A stretch of 63,897 bases of DNA, the filler included, from Collodictyon triciliatum (Eukaryota): assembly GCA_043381765.1 (NCBI GenBank). It is 10 parts of 10 records of this genome, joined end to end, with 100 filler letters (N's around TTAATTAATTAA, not from the genome) between each part and the next. Parts side by side here need not be neighbours in the genome. Positions count along the whole stretch, not along the records: positions 39,913 to 45,834 come from JBHJMP010004835.1; positions 45,935 to 51,866 come from JBHJMP010004836.1; positions 51,967 to 57,881 come from JBHJMP010004839.1; positions 57,982 to 63,897 come from JBHJMP010004842.1; 6 more parts are not named here. One strand, 5' to 3'. The notes beneath the pieces were generated by a model. That model was not told where the DNA came from. It was given only the letters and a program-made list of their open reading frames with translations, and made no database searches. A program made the translations under genes and the position numbers. Below are positions 41,853 through 61,856 of the stretch, one piece after another. Positions within the stretch are counted from its first letter, which is position 1. The number at the start of each line of letters is the position of its first letter.

Positions 41853-44412
41853 ATAAAATATACTCGATTGACAATCCGTTATTACTCACCAGATTCAACG
41901 AGTCTAAATTCTTCATATTTGATAGCTGCCATGGAACAGTTTTCAATTGGTTCGAGCTGTTGGACATGAGACGGATATGCATACAACAAATTTATTCAAA
42001 TGTTAATGATAAAATAAAATAATATAAATTATTGAAACAGTGGGAGGTTATTTATGTGATGAAACCTTAAATCCAAAAATTTCAAGTCTGTTAGCGCTTC
42101 AATTTCGGCAGGGACTCCATTGATCTGATTTTCAGATATCATTACCGATTTCAAACGGGTCATTTTGCTTATACCGAGAGGAATCTCATTGATAAGGTTT
42201 CCAGACAAATCCATTTGAATGAGACCTAGCAACATGCATCCGAACGAAGAATAGAATAATATTAAAATGGGTTACAAAGGGCATTAAAAAATAAGAAAAG
42301 AAAGGAAAAAAATAGAAGAAGAAAGAGTCGGAATGAAGAGAATACCTGTTAGCCTGAGAACAGACGAAGGAATCTGACACAGTTTGTTGCAAGGAAGACA
42401 AAGATATTGGAGACCGGTCAAATGACCAAATTCATCAGATATACTTCCTATTTCATTTTCACCAGCACGGAATTTGATGAGTGATAAAAGCCCCGACAAA
42501 CCAGACTCCAGAGATGTCAGTCGATTATTTTCCACCTCGAGAATACGTAAGTTTGTCAGCGATGAGAAGCTCTCGGGTAGTCTAAATGAAAAAGAGTTAT
42601 TCATAGCTATAAGGCCGTGTTAGAGTATCTAGGTTATCAATAAAGAACAGAAATTTTTTTTATAGAACAATTTTTATTATTATTATTATTAAAACGTACG
42701 AACTCAGTTCGTTGAAGGATAGAAATAACTCGGAAAGGCTGCAGAGCTCTCCAAACTCAGGAGGGACTTCTGATATTGCGTTGAGTCTCAAATCCAACTT
42801 TGTCACTGTGGTTAACTGGCATAAAGATTTTGATACCGAAGGGATTAGATTCTGATGAATGTAGAGAGACTTTAAGGACGGAAGGCCCCAGACTCCCTCC
42901 GGCAATTGATGTATGGTGTTGTAGGCAAGGAACATCATGGTCACTTTTGGCTTATTGAGAATATTCGTCGGGAGTATGGACAGGTGATTTCCTTCCCAGT
43001 CGAGCGACTCTATGTTCGTCAATAAGCTTAGCGAATCAGGTAGTGTTTGAATCCGGTTATTGCCAATCCCCAGGGATGTTATTTGTTCGCAAGAGCCGAT
43101 GTCACATGGAAGTTCTGAAAGCCGGTTTGTGCAAACATCAAATTCTTTGAGTTTCCTCATGTTGCTCATCGACTCGGGGACTGACGTTAGTGAATTTTGG
43201 CGCAAATCCAGCTTTTTGAGCTCTGGTAGGCTGAAAAAGGACTCTGGTAAATCGATGAGACGGTTATTTCGCAGACTGATGATGAGAAGATTGGTTAATT
43301 GCCCAATAGACCTGTTCGAGACCGATAGTTAGCTGTTTAATTGGCTCTAGTTTTTCTTTCTTCTTAAACAAAGGATATAGCATGCTATAAAGACCAGAAA
43401 TGTATATAGACAAACTCTGGTATATTTATAATCCTGTTGTGCCTAGCGGTCAATATCTTTAACTTCTGTAGATTCGAAACAGAATCCGGAATCTAGATGA
43501 TATTTTTCTAGATTTATAATGTAAACTGAATGTGACTTGTAGAGTTGGATGTGGATGTAAGGTACGAAATAAAATAATAAAATAATAAAATAATAAAATA
43601 ATAAAATAAAATAATAAAATAAAATAATAAAATAAAATAATAAAATAAAATAATAAAATAAAATAATAAAATAAAATAATAAAATAAAATAAAATAAAAT
43701 AATAAAATAAAATAATAAAATAAAATAATAAAACAAAATAAAAAGAGAAAAAGAAAAAGGGCTACTTACACTGGATATTTTATTTGAGCGAATGATTAAG
43801 TACTCTAAATTACTAAGCATGAATATTTCCTGTGCAAGTTCGCTAATCAAATTTTCAGCAAGACTTAAATATGTCAGGGATTGCAAGCGACTGAATTCTG
43901 GTGGAATGTAGACAATCTGGTATGTGTAAATGGTGAGATTTTTTTTTTTAAAAAAAAAGGAGATAACGTAAGTTTCTAAACAATTTATTGCACCATAATC
44001 ATGTAATTGTTACCATAAGCATAATAAAAATCAAAGAGGAATGATTATATATCGGATTATGAATGAGGGAAAAGAAAAAGTAAAAGAAAAAGTAAAAGAA
44101 AAAGTAAAAGAAAAAGTAAAAGAAAAAGTAAAAGAAAAAGAAAAAGAAAAAGAAAAAGAAAAAGAAAAAGAAAAAGAAAAAGAAAAAGAAAAAGAAAAAG
44201 AAAAAGAAAAAGAAAAAGAAAAAGACGAGAACACTGTCTGATGTAACCTTGTTCCTGTCCATAACAACACTCGTCAGGAAGGTTAAACATCCAATATCAG
44301 CAGAAATAAGCACAAGTTCATTACTAGACAAGTCGAGAGAACGCTCCTTGCTAGAAAGCAGCATAGCAATCACCTTCGTCCACAAAGTCCTACCCTTCCT
44401 TTCATGATTCTA

Positions 44413-44479
<67 letters not shown>

Positions 44480-44824
44480 ATGAATAAAAAGACTGAATTG
44501 ACTGAAAATGGAACTCACGAGGCGATCTGTGGGACGTCTGCGATGAGTCAGCGAAATAGATTCTGCAGTTGAGGAAGTCCTGGAGCTACTTGGAGATGTT
44601 CGCTCCGAACATGAGGCAGAGGCGGAGTCGGAGTCCATGTACGCACTCACTGTGGAGGTTTCTGCGGAGTTGAGACCGCTATCGACAGAAAGTGGGCGCG
44701 GGAGCTCTGGAATCCCGCTGGTATTTGCAGACTCCGGGTACTGTCCAGCTGTTGAGCGATCGCGCTCAGCCACAAGGCTCATCGAAGTGTGCATACGGCG
44801 TAGTTTCAAGCGAAGAAACTCCAT
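40136..44824 (-). CDS. Leucine-rich repeat protein with an S-rich N-terminus, many LRRs and an unidentified C-terminal region; probably 3'-truncated
   Basis: Repeated LxxLxLxxNxLxxLP units across exons ~44385-41890 (e.g. LTYLSLAENLISEL, LKSLYIHQNLIPSV, LRILEVENNRLTSL). Confidence 0.88.
40391..40406 (-). repeat. Minimal stub of the retroposon terminus
   Basis: CCTTTATTCGATTCAA matches 2535-2550. Confidence 0.5.
41131..41150 (+). repeat. Minimal stub of the retroposon terminus within a (TAAA)n array
   Basis: ACTTTGAATCGAATAAAGGA is the reverse complement of 2534-2553. Confidence 0.6.
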
Positions 44825-45055
44825 GTCCTGTTCCCAACTTCGGCTCCTTCTCTTGCTTTCTTTTGTATCTAAATCATCGAGAAGAATAAAGAATAATGAA
44901 AAAAAGAAGAATAAAGAAAAAAGAAGAATAAAGAAAAAAGAGGAGAATAAAGAAGAATAAAGAAAAAAGAAGAAAAGAAGAAAAAGAAGAAAAGAAAAAG
45001 AAAAAGAAAAAGAAGAAAAGAAGAAAAAAAGAAAAAGAAGAAAAAGAAAAAAGAA

Positions 45056-45086
<31 letters not shown>

Positions 45087-45401
45087 AGAAAGAAAAGAAA
45101 GAAAAGAAAGAAAAGAAAAGAAAAGAAAAGAAAAGAAAAGAAAAGAAAAGAAAAAGATAAAGAAAAGAAAAAGATAAAGAAAAGAAAAAAGAAAAAAGTT
45201 AAACATCAAAAACACTAAATGAGAAGAAACTGGCATTCCAAAAAGAAAAAAATTCACTTCCAAAACCAACAAGGTCAGTCATGGTGATGCCAGGAATAAC
45301 ATAAACAACAAGAGGGAGGGAAAAAGAAAGTGCCCAAAGTTCCATCCACCCATGTGGGCCCCTCTTCGGTTTCCCCTCAAGTTTTAAACCAGAGCTTCAC
45401 T

Positions 45402-45428
45402 CTTTGAATCGAATAAAGGAAAAAAAAA
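45402..45428 (+). repeat. Minimal stub of the retroposon terminus with an oligo-A tail
   Basis: CTTTGAATCGAATAAAGG followed by an A run. Confidence 0.6.
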
Positions 45429-45795
45429 CCAGAGCTCCACTAAAGACGGCACGTATTAATCGCAGAGTGTGAAGCAGACGGAAAACAAAGCCGCAAACCA
45501 ATACGGACATTCTTATACAAACAAACGAATCATAGGAGACTCCCTGCGGATAAGACCTCGCAGGCACAGGCAAAGCGGCGCCCAACAAACGGGACTTTCG
45601 TGACAGATGAATCAGGGTCCTTGATCAAACGCACGCTCTCGTTAATTCGACTATTCAATAATACCAAAGGGCGTACCAAGACTTTGGTTCGCCGCAACAA
45701 AGCCGAATCTTCCAGAAGTGGAGAGGTTGTTCATGCCTAACATAGACATGACAATTCGTCTTTGGGAGTCACACTCCAGAGCCAAAAATACGAAC

Positions 45796-45831
<36 letters not shown>

Positions 45832-45934
45832 AACNNNNNNNNNNNNNNNNNNNNNNNNNNNNNNNNNNNNNNNNNNNNTTAATTAATTAANNNNNNNNNN
45901 NNNNNNNNNNNNNNNNNNNNNNNNNNNNNNNNNN

Positions 45935-51866
<5,932 letters not shown>

Positions 51867-51966
51867 NNNNNNNNNNNNNNNNNNNNNNNNNNNNNNNNNN
51901 NNNNNNNNNNTTAATTAATTAANNNNNNNNNNNNNNNNNNNNNNNNNNNNNNNNNNNNNNNNNNNN

Positions 51967-52040
<74 letters not shown>

Positions 52041-52121
52041 TTACAAATACTTCTAATCGCACCAAACTCAAAGACGACCACACAACCTGTTTATCTTTCC
52101 AGTGAAAGTCTCGGTTGTTCT

Positions 52122-53825
52122 TTGTCCACAAGTGATGTCGTTCACGACGCGGCGAGTGCCTTCAGTTATCTGCGCTCATTTCTTAGCACCGGAGTCCCCA
52201 AAGCCGAAGTCATTGAAGCTGATGCGTCAGTTCTCGTGTCAGAAAATAAGCGCGTCTTTCTCATCTTGCTTCCTCAAGCATGGGCTAATTCTATCAAATC
52301 TAACTCGACTGGCTCAGATGCTGGCCCAACGCATCCGAGGAGATTGTGGATTCCACTGCTGGACACCCTGGCAATGGCCACAAACTTGAGCGCCATGGCG
52401 GTTCCACATCGCCCTCAACATCCAGAGGATAATCACAACCGGCCTCATTTCTTCCAGTCGGATCCGCCGATGTCGAGATACTTATCACAGTTTCCCATCA
52501 CAACCTCAACTGCTCGTGCCGACTCGACCATACCAAATACATGTCCATCACTAGAAAATCCTACCCAAACCATGGGTGATGGAAAAGGCAGTGCATCTGA
52601 CTCCATGCGAGAGAGTCATCACGAGAAGCAACATGCACAGGGACAAGTCCTGCATCCTTATTTCCAAGAGATAATTAGAGATTCCAACACCCTGTCTTTA
52701 ATCCATGACCTACTCGTTCGGTTTCACCCGCCATCACGTACAATCAGAAATCCCGCTGATGTGAAACAAGTGGACCTCACAATATTGGATGCACCGGTCA
52801 TCAAACATGCTGCTGATGAGTGGGTGTGGCGAGGCCAGGTTTGGGACCGTCTTGTGCAGCATCGCAGCCAACAAAGTCACCCAGGCTCACATGAAGCTAT
52901 TCGTGATATTAACCACCTCGAGAACCAGTATACAAGAGAGGCGGAAGAGGCGGCTGGCGTGAATCGTATTGTTACTGGAGTTGCATACTTAAGGCACATG
53001 AATGGCTTTTGTGAAATCCTTCCAGGACTCTTTTTAACAAATATTGCTGCATCTAATGACATGAAGAAACTACAAGAAAATGGAGTGACACATATTCTTC
53101 GCGTTGTTCCCACCAGAATCAATTACCCTAGTGTATAAATCATAAAATTTCTTAAACTTTCTCTTCTTTTTTTTCTAGAGAAAAATATTAGTATAATGCT
53201 GAATTAAAATGTTTATTACGCAAGGAATGTTTCGTCATTTTCAAGCCGTAATTTTTTTATTTGTCTATAGCATTTTATTCACGCCGTTATCCCTATTGAG
53301 GATGTCGAAGAGAGTGACTTGCTTCGAGTCTTTGAAGCCGCCAAGCTATTCATCGATGCGGGTAGACGCTCTGGAGGATGTTTAGTTCACTGGTAAATAG
53401 ACAAGACTTTACTGAACTGATAATTACTTTACGAATCACATACGAAATAGTCCGATCTGACTTCTGCCATGTTGCTACCCTATATTGCTATAGTTTACAT
53501 ATCATATAAGTGATTATGAACTTATTCTTTTATCTTTTATATTTCGTGTTAATTGCTTGGAACAAGCATGGCTGGTGTATCGAGGTCGACCACGATTATT
53601 CTTTCCTATGTGATGACAGAACTGTTTAAGGATGATGCGCACAGCTACTTGAAATCATTCCATCATACATTCAACAAACGGTCCGTCATTTGCCCAAATG
53701 ATGGATTTCTGGTGCAGCTCGTTACATATGAAGGTCTGATCAAAACGCAAAGATACGAACAAACGCCAATCTACCAGTTTTTACGCAAGATTCGTGAACC
53801 AAAGACTGCTACAAAAGAAAATTGA
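52122..53825 (+). CDS. Dual-specificity protein phosphatase with a long N-terminal extension (5'-truncated)
   Basis: EILPGLFL..LQENGVTHILRV|..IPIEDVEESDL..GGCLVHC|MAGVSRSTTIILSYVM..RSVICPNDGFLVQL. The catalytic Cys codon is split by the intron (TG|C). Confidence 0.92.
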
Positions 53826-54093
53826 ACCCGTAGGTAACTGATTATATTTTTATATATCATTATATAATTTAAAATATTTCTCAATATTGTATGAATAATT
53901 ACTATGAAAGAAAATTAGATAATAGAGCATTTTTTGCAGTCCACAGAATTGGTTCCTGACGTGGGCGGTGCATATGAAGGGGAAATGACAACGACAGCAT
54001 ACTTGAATAAACCAGCCACAATGATAACACGATGTCATTAATTTATTCTCATATATGATCAGTGGTTTGAGAAAGATACAAGAAAAAAAAAGT

Positions 54094-57000
54094 CTATTTC
54101 AAGAGTTCCAACCATATGTTGATTTTATGAATCAAAAGGGAGGGGTCATATGGCATATCACCTCTCTTGGCAAGTCGATTCAAAGATTTGCAAAGGCTCT
54201 CTATAAATGATTTGATGCGAAGATCTTTCGATTCGTCAAAGGATGGAGGCGAATTGAGGTATCTATATGCAATGACAAAAGTAGTCTGAGTGGATAATCG
54301 ATATTAAAAGGTTGTTGTTGTGGTGGTGGTTTTAATAATACATACGATAAAAAATATTTTAGAGTTTCGACGCCACAATCAGGAGAAATAAGCCACTCGA
54401 TGGCCTGGTAATGATTCTCATCGACGATTGATATGAACGATAGAAATAGATTGTGCCTATCCAGGCATGACATGACACGACCGTATACTCTATGAGTTAT
54501 TCATAGTAAAGTGTAAATATGATTATGTGTTGCAGTATGCTGATGGGATACTACAACAATAACAAATTAATAGCAAAATAATTAAATGAAATATAAATCA
54601 TATGGTTAAAAAAGGAAAAAACGATTCACTTTTTGTGGTTTGCAAATTCCTTCTGAATCGACTGTAGTTTCTCCAGGGCAATTACCACTGCTTTGTCTTG
54701 GTTTGAAAGAGCCTCCATCATTTTCCTGATAAGATTAGTGCCTAGGCCAAAGGCGATAGCTTCTTAAAAAGTTTGGTCTATTGTACTTAGTGTGTTGTAA
54801 TATAATTTTTCTTATATATATAAAGACAAAGAAAACTAAACACACCTGATTCGTTATCACCACCCAATGTCGATGGAAGAGATGTCAGTGTGTGTGATAC
54901 AATTTCATACACATTTCCATCACAATCATTTAATCTTTGGGGATTGACGAGTGCGTGGCAAATGTTGACAACGCAGGCGACTAGGAGTCTTTTGTAAATA
55001 AACATCTGAAAAGCGATAACAGAATATAAGTTTCTTTTCCATTAATAATTGAGGTACCATAGAAACCCCATTTGATTTTATAATGATTGAGAAGTATCCA
55101 TATTAATTACATCAAATGAAGCATCGATGAAGTAGATGCGTTCTAGACTGAAACTAGATTTTTAAATATCAGCATTACGCATTTTTTTATTGCAAAGTCA
55201 TAAATTAAATATTTGAATGTATGGCCCTCAAGTACTATTATGCAATCAGAAATATCACAAACCTAGTGTCCACTTCAGCAATAAGTTTCGAGAAATCAGT
55301 GTGTAGGATGTGTAGTATTTTCACCAAGTTGTCCTATTTTAAAAGGTAGAAACAAATAGCGAAAGAATTATAATGAATAAAGTGCTTTCTCTTTTTAGAT
55401 CAATATTTTGCAAGTAAAATGTAAGGCTTCTCGAGATGTGTTATTTTAGAAAGGTTTTACTGTTGATAGAATGTGGTAAAACGATTTGATAACTCGGAGA
55501 ACAGTGACACGATTTCTGTAAAACTCATCTTGGTTTTCCATGGACGAAATGACCTTTGAACTATGTATTAATCGTCTCCAAAATAATTGATAAAATATTC
55601 TATTCACCACTAACAATTTCAAAAAAGTCCTTTGTTGTTGAAAGACCGTCGAGAGAACCAGTTCGTAATTGATGATATTTTAGGCATGTAAAGCACAATT
55701 CCATCTGGTGCATCTTCAACTTACCCAAAGTACTCATCTTTATTTTTCATTATTATTATTTATTTATTAGAAAAGTGATTGCGATGTAATGGAACTGCAT
55801 AGAAACAAAAAAATTCATGGCGGAACCTTTTCATCTTTCATAAACTGGCACGTATTAATGAAAGCATCGGTGCAGAGAATCACATGAAAATGATTTTGTT
55901 CAAAAGCATCCCTATTCATGGCGTTCGACCTTGATTTGAACCCTTTGTAGATGACTTTGCAGACATTTGTAAACACACACATGATATTCCTGTGTTGGAA
56001 CTGAATTATTTAAACGGTAATGGATTCCTTTTTTAAAATAAGTAAAATCTAGATGTTGCTCCAAATGCATAAATATAGTTAATTGAAAAACTTCAAAGAA
56101 ACTCGATTTAAGTCTGAATACTATAAATATGAATAAATAGTATTCAATTTTTCAAGATAAACTAATGTGCTAGTTGAATTGGCATTTTAATTAATGAAAT
56201 AAAAAAAGACTTCACTTACTCTGTGTAAATAACTCCATTTGAGTTTTGGAATGACCCTGTTTTATAATGCCGAGGCCACGCACTTTGGTACATTTTTACC
56301 AATACTCTTTCATCATCTCCAAAAGCAAGAAGCAAATGGGAAAGTATCTTGACTGTAGCGTTTCTCTCGAATATGTCGCTCTTGATGAGATTCCTGGTCT
56401 GTGAATCATGCATATATGTAAGAAAATAGTAAAATGAGGAAATGTATATGTATATGTATAATGTAAATATTCACAGACCCAGTAATCACAAATCCCTTCT
56501 TCCTTCAAAATCTCTGAAGATATTATCCTCTTCTGCAATTCGTTTAAAGCCTACCCCAAGAAACTTTCCATTATATTATAACACACCCATAAGTCATACA
56601 TCTATTCATATTCTATTCATCCCTAATGAAACAAAAATGATGTCCATGTGAATGTGCTCCCTACATCTTCATTTTCAGTTCGTAGCATAGCTTGAATCAC
56701 CAATAGAAAAGCAGACGCCTGCATTAAAACTCGGTCCCGTTCCGTAGCAGAAGCCTCATTCTCGCACTAAGATTTGGAGGTCGAATAAATGATTAAAAGA
56801 GGGATAGATAAATAATAAGAATAAGGAAAATCATAAGAATAATAAAACAAAAACAAAACACAACTAAAGAAAAGAAAACCCACAAATATCAAAGAAAGAC
56901 GAATTGAGAGAACAATAACAAGAAAATAAAAAGAACAAGAACAAGAAAAGAAAATTGGAAATATTAGAGATAAAAAGAAAAAGAAAAAGAAAAAGAAAAA

Positions 57001-57210
57001 GAAAAAGAAAAAGAAAAAGAAAAAGAAAAAGAAAAAGAAAAAGAAAAAGAAAAAGAAAAAGAAAAAGAAACGAACAAGAAAGGCGACTGCTTTGTCAAAC
57101 TCATCGATTTGTTCATCACTGGCAAACTCGACGAAGGAGGCGCGAAGCAACCGAAGTTGATGTAAGTACGAATCCATCTGCCAGTGAATAAACCTCAGAG
57201 TCTGCCTCAT
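54094..57210 (-). CDS. Protein Lines (LINS1-like) homolog, multi-exon; start approximate
   Basis: KMMEALSNQDKAVVIALEKL|..DRHNLFLSFISIVDENHYQAIEWLISPDCGVETLKYFLS|YL..FIESLCKSLNRLAKRGDMPYDPSLLIHKI parallels, in order, the Lines motifs EQDD, HxxFLxF..LLDxLIS.ET..YL and RL..K.LFPYN..LL. Confidence 0.65.
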
Positions 57211-57514
57211 TTACCCTTCTTTGTTTCAGACTGTGTCACTTGCATATACGTTTGGCTCTTTCCTTTCCTTTTCTTTTCTTTCGAGAGTTTAAGACAGGAT
57301 CTTTCCGCAAAAGAGAGGAGACAATACAAGCATTCCAGGTGTTTTGTTGAACTGAGTCGGCGGCAGAGCGTATTCTTGATACTCACACCCATTATGTTTT
57401 CTTTTCTTTTTTCTTTTCTATACGTGACGGTATATATTCCTTTCATGTTTCGTTTTTATTCCTGCAAAGCTTTGCGCTGTCAAACGCAAACAGAAAACAG
57501 TGGATTGTGCCTGA

Positions 57515-57651
57515 TTATGCGTTTGTAGCCGCCGGTGCTGCAGACGAAACCGCCTCGGATTCCTGCTTTTCGGCCTCTCGAAGCGCGATTTTGTTGCTGA
57601 TGAGGTTGTGCAGAGCGCTGATGGAGCGAATCATCGACGAGAGATAAACCA
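57515..57651 (-). CDS. RPN8: Last exon of 26S proteasome lid subunit Rpn8/PSMD7
   Basis: VYLSSMIRSISALHNLISNKIALREAEK matches the conserved Rpn8 C-terminal helix; preceded by a CAG acceptor. Confidence 0.88.
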
Positions 57652-57997
57652 CTGTGCATATAATATATGTGTGTGAATGTGAATGTGAATGTGAATACAG
57701 ATGTGTGTTGCGAGTAATATTGTCTTTAAGCGTGTTTGTGTGTAAAGACTCGTGGCTGGAAATATGGGACACTAAGCGCAGAAGACAAAAAGACAAAAAG
57801 ACAAAAAGACAAAAAGACAAAAAGACAAAAAGACAAAAAGACAAAAAGACAAAAAGACAAAAAGACAAAAAGACAAAAAGANNNNNNNNNNNNNNNNNNN
57901 NNNNNNNNNNNNNNNNNNNNNNNNNTTAATTAATTAANNNNNNNNNNNNNNNNNNNNNNNNNNNNNNNNNNNNNNNNNNNNTTCTTTCTTTCTTTCT

Positions 57998-58080
<83 letters not shown>

Positions 58081-58166
58081 TTTTTGTCCACTTAACCCAA
58101 GTTGTCCGTGGATACTAAGTAAGAAATTTTGTTTTTTTCTTCTTCTATTTATCTCATCATTACTAG

Positions 58167-60603
58167 GTGATAGAGGGGTTGCATGCAATCATGGACAAGA
58201 GATCAGCCGGAGAAATCCCTAGGTGTTACATGACTGCATCAGTCTCGTATGTGACGGCTCAGTCTTCTGGACAGAGTCGCCCTCTGTTCTCTGTGACCCA
58301 AGTAAAGGCGATTCGTCCAACTTACCGCACAGACGGTATGGAAAGCCCGGATGCCCTCCTGCCCAAACACTGCAGCCCCGGCCATGCGTACATATTTGTC
58401 AGTAAAGTTCATAACCAGAGTCTATCCTTTTGCTGGTGATAAACTAACACAATGTTTTTTTTTTCATGTCGAGAAATCTCGATAAGAGCATTTTGGATTG
58501 ATGGCACGTATTTAAGGTCATGTAAAAACTGTTATCGTAGGCAAAAGCAGCACAGAACGGATTTCACTTTGCACCTAAAGATTACGAGTATATTAAATCA
58601 AAGATTCTCAAGTCTATCAACGAGAAAGGGGGATTAGAGATTAGTCATATGACACCGATGATATGGAATTGTGGATTTACAAAGCTTCATTCCGAAATTG
58701 AAATATATAGTAATTTCCCCATTTTTTTCTCCCCTCCTCTTGCCACAACAAAATTTAGATTAAGATATCCATTGTGTAATAAAAGAACACGCTCTGAGTT
58801 AACCTGATATATACCATCATCAGGCGAAATTCTGCTGCCCAAAACGGTTTTTACAATAGTTCCCATACGAGTTTTAAACGTTTTGCCTTCACCTGTATTT
58901 GAGCATCTTCTGGCTCATAAATCGTTGGAGATGAAATCAGGGTAGAAAAAGCAACTCTTGCGAATTAATCATATGTATGATTATCTGCATCTCACCACTC
59001 ACATCACATATGCCCTGATTTAGATTTGTGACCATGAACCACCTGCGAAAAATTGAAATATTGGATGCGTCAAATCCTCGCATACCCGAACTGCCAATCG
59101 TTGGAATGTGTGGTTTTCTTTGTCCTTCTCTTTATTTTTTCAGAAACAATAGTATCTGCCTTATTCTGTTTTATGTAGAAAATATCGAGACAACTCTTTT
59201 TCTCTTCATATTCTCAATCATAAACGTATTGAGCTTATTTTTATAATGCTGTCCGAATCTTATCTAAATATGCTCTCCCTTAGTTGGGTTTCTGGTGTAC
59301 CTGACATCGGCCATCCATTTGTTTGGGCGAGCTGCATGCGTTTCGTGGCAAATACGGTTATTCAGGATAAAGTTATGATGGAAGAGGGTACCGATTATAG
59401 TTTTCTGGTTCTTTGTGTGGATGATTTGGAAAAGAAAGCAGAATACATTAGGTCATCCCGTCTCGTTCCCACATCTTCCTACGAATGCACATACCAGGTG
59501 CGCTTTATTCATTGAAGTCGAACAAATACTCCAATCTACGTTTAGCGGGGCTTTTATGATCTTCATTTCATTTATCTTTCGTTTTTAAAATCTGATTTAA
59601 AATCTGATTATCTGAGTTTCCGTCCACACAGAAAGCAGATGTGGAGTGGGAGAGATTTCGGTTTCTTTGCAACGCCTCCACCAGTAAAAACGAAACTGTT
59701 CAGGTTTCATATGTTAGTATCCCCGACGAGACGGATAGTCTAACCAATCGCAATTTTCGTTTGGCAACCCGTATCACAGAAAACCCTGAATCTTCCACCA
59801 CGTGCGTTGATGATGATTGAATTTATTGGAAATTGTAATGTCTTTTTTTTTATTTATTTATTTATTTATATGTGAGTAAATCATACTGCTTTGCTTGTGT
59901 TTTGTTATTTGCAGCTCGCCACTGACTGCCCCGGCTGACGAAGGGTCCTTTTCCATCAACCCAAGAAGTCCGCCTCAGCCTCACACTATTTCATTTAGCC
60001 ACAGAGACCGGACAAGTCCCAAGAGAGCAGTCATGTCTACTCCACACGCTCATATCCCATTGCCTGACTCCGTATCACGCTCGCTCTCAGCACGAGCAGA
60101 AAGCTTTGAGACGCAATCAGCCGTGTTTGACTTGATGCGTATGATGCAACAACAGCAAATGCAGATCGAGTTCCTTCGGCAACAACTGCAACTGGTACAA
60201 ACTCAGTTGAACCAAACACAGCAGCAAGTGCTGCATCTCAATTCACAGCAAGAATCTCTGATAGCATCAAACACTGCTCTGAAATCTGAAATCAAAGACC
60301 TAAAGGCCGGGCGAATCGAAAAGATAATCAAAACAAGCAGTGTTGGAATCAACACCAGCGAGGAGCAAAAATCTCCAACTAAACACTTGCAAGCATCATT
60401 CGACCAAGGTAATTCAATGCCCAAGGTTCTTGATTATGGTCGCACTGCCCAAGAGGGTCCCATTCTCCACCAGACCCCCACCTTTAACCTGATGAACTTA
60501 AAAAAGAGCATACAAGCAACTCACCCAATAAACCAGCAGTTGGAAGAACCATCTGTTTTGTTGGATGTGTCGTCCATTATTCACGAAAAGGTATGCCACC
60601 AAC

Positions 60604-60682
<79 letters not shown>

Positions 60683-61856
60683 AACAGCAGTGTGTCGCTT
60701 CTTAGAAAAAATATGGTAGTAACATCGATAATCTGCTAACCTGTGGTTCCTGTCTACTAGCGAGAATCCTCGAATGGACACAAAGAGCCATATAACCCAC
60801 ATTCATATGACACGGAAGAAAATCAGCAACCACTTCCCAGTCAATCCCCTCCTATTCTCTTCAGTCAAACGGCCAATACTCTCGCCAACAGTTGGCATTC
60901 GGGAAGTATGGTATCAGTCTCAAAAAGTTTGTTAGAAAAAAAACAAGCTGCGGTGGATTCCGTCGGCGATGTACGACCCCGTTATAAATCCCACAGTGAT
61001 GATTCTACTCTGCCAGATGAGTCCCTGACAGCCATTCGCCCCGACGAACTATCTGTGTTGATACCGCACCAAAATGAAATTCTCTTTGCAAGACTGAAAG
61101 GAATCAGTCCAGTCGAGCCGATACTGATTAAGGAGTCTCCAGGAACGCCGTCATCTAGTCTAAACCTGCAGTCTGAAGCAACGAAGTCGAGAATGGAGCA
61201 GAATCGGACAGCAGCATCGTCTGCAACTTCATCAACCGTTCCTCATAGCAAAGAGGATGCCTTTAACCTGTCAGAGAGTGACGAGGTATTAATTGTTCCC
61301 CTCGATATATCGTATAAATAATAATACTTTATAAACCATCAATCCTTTGTATCAGCTTTCTTGAAGCTTTTCTATGTAAATTTATGGTTTGCATTCGTTT
61401 CCACCGCACCATCGCCATTAATATGATTGCTCTTTCTCTTGAATGAACTCGAATGTGGCATCCTCCGCAACCTCAAGGATTTAGACCCAACACACCCCAA
61501 ACCTGCGCACAACCTGCGAGACATATCAATCAGCGACTTCTCAAGCATAGCCTTCGTTTCTAAGTAACGCCTTGTTCCTTCAGCCTCTCCAGCCCCTCTG
61601 TGATGGTTGGCGGATTTCAAGTGCAAAGAAATCATTCAATCACTGAACAGGCTAACATCCGCTCATTAGAATGAAAGTACCAGTCATCCCATCTCTCCCA
61701 CGACACATCCGCACACCCATCACCACAGCACAGCCTGTCATCAGCCATGGAAGCAAGGTGAACCGTTGGTTCCTCGATACGTTAGATATGTCATATACAT
61801 CCCTGAAACTCATATCGGAACTGAGCAAAAGCACACTAATAACGATGGAATTGTGA
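58167..61856 (+). CDS. STIL: STIL (SCL-interrupting locus)-like centriole assembly protein (5'-truncated; 3' end approximate)
   Basis: IVPIRVL..SG|FVTMNHLRKIEILDASNPRIPELPIVG|WVSGVPDIGHPFVWASCMRFVANTVIQDKV..SFLVL..SYEC matches the STIL N-terminal domain. A central coiled coil follows (MMQQQQMQIEFLRQQLQLVQTQL). Confidence 0.8.
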
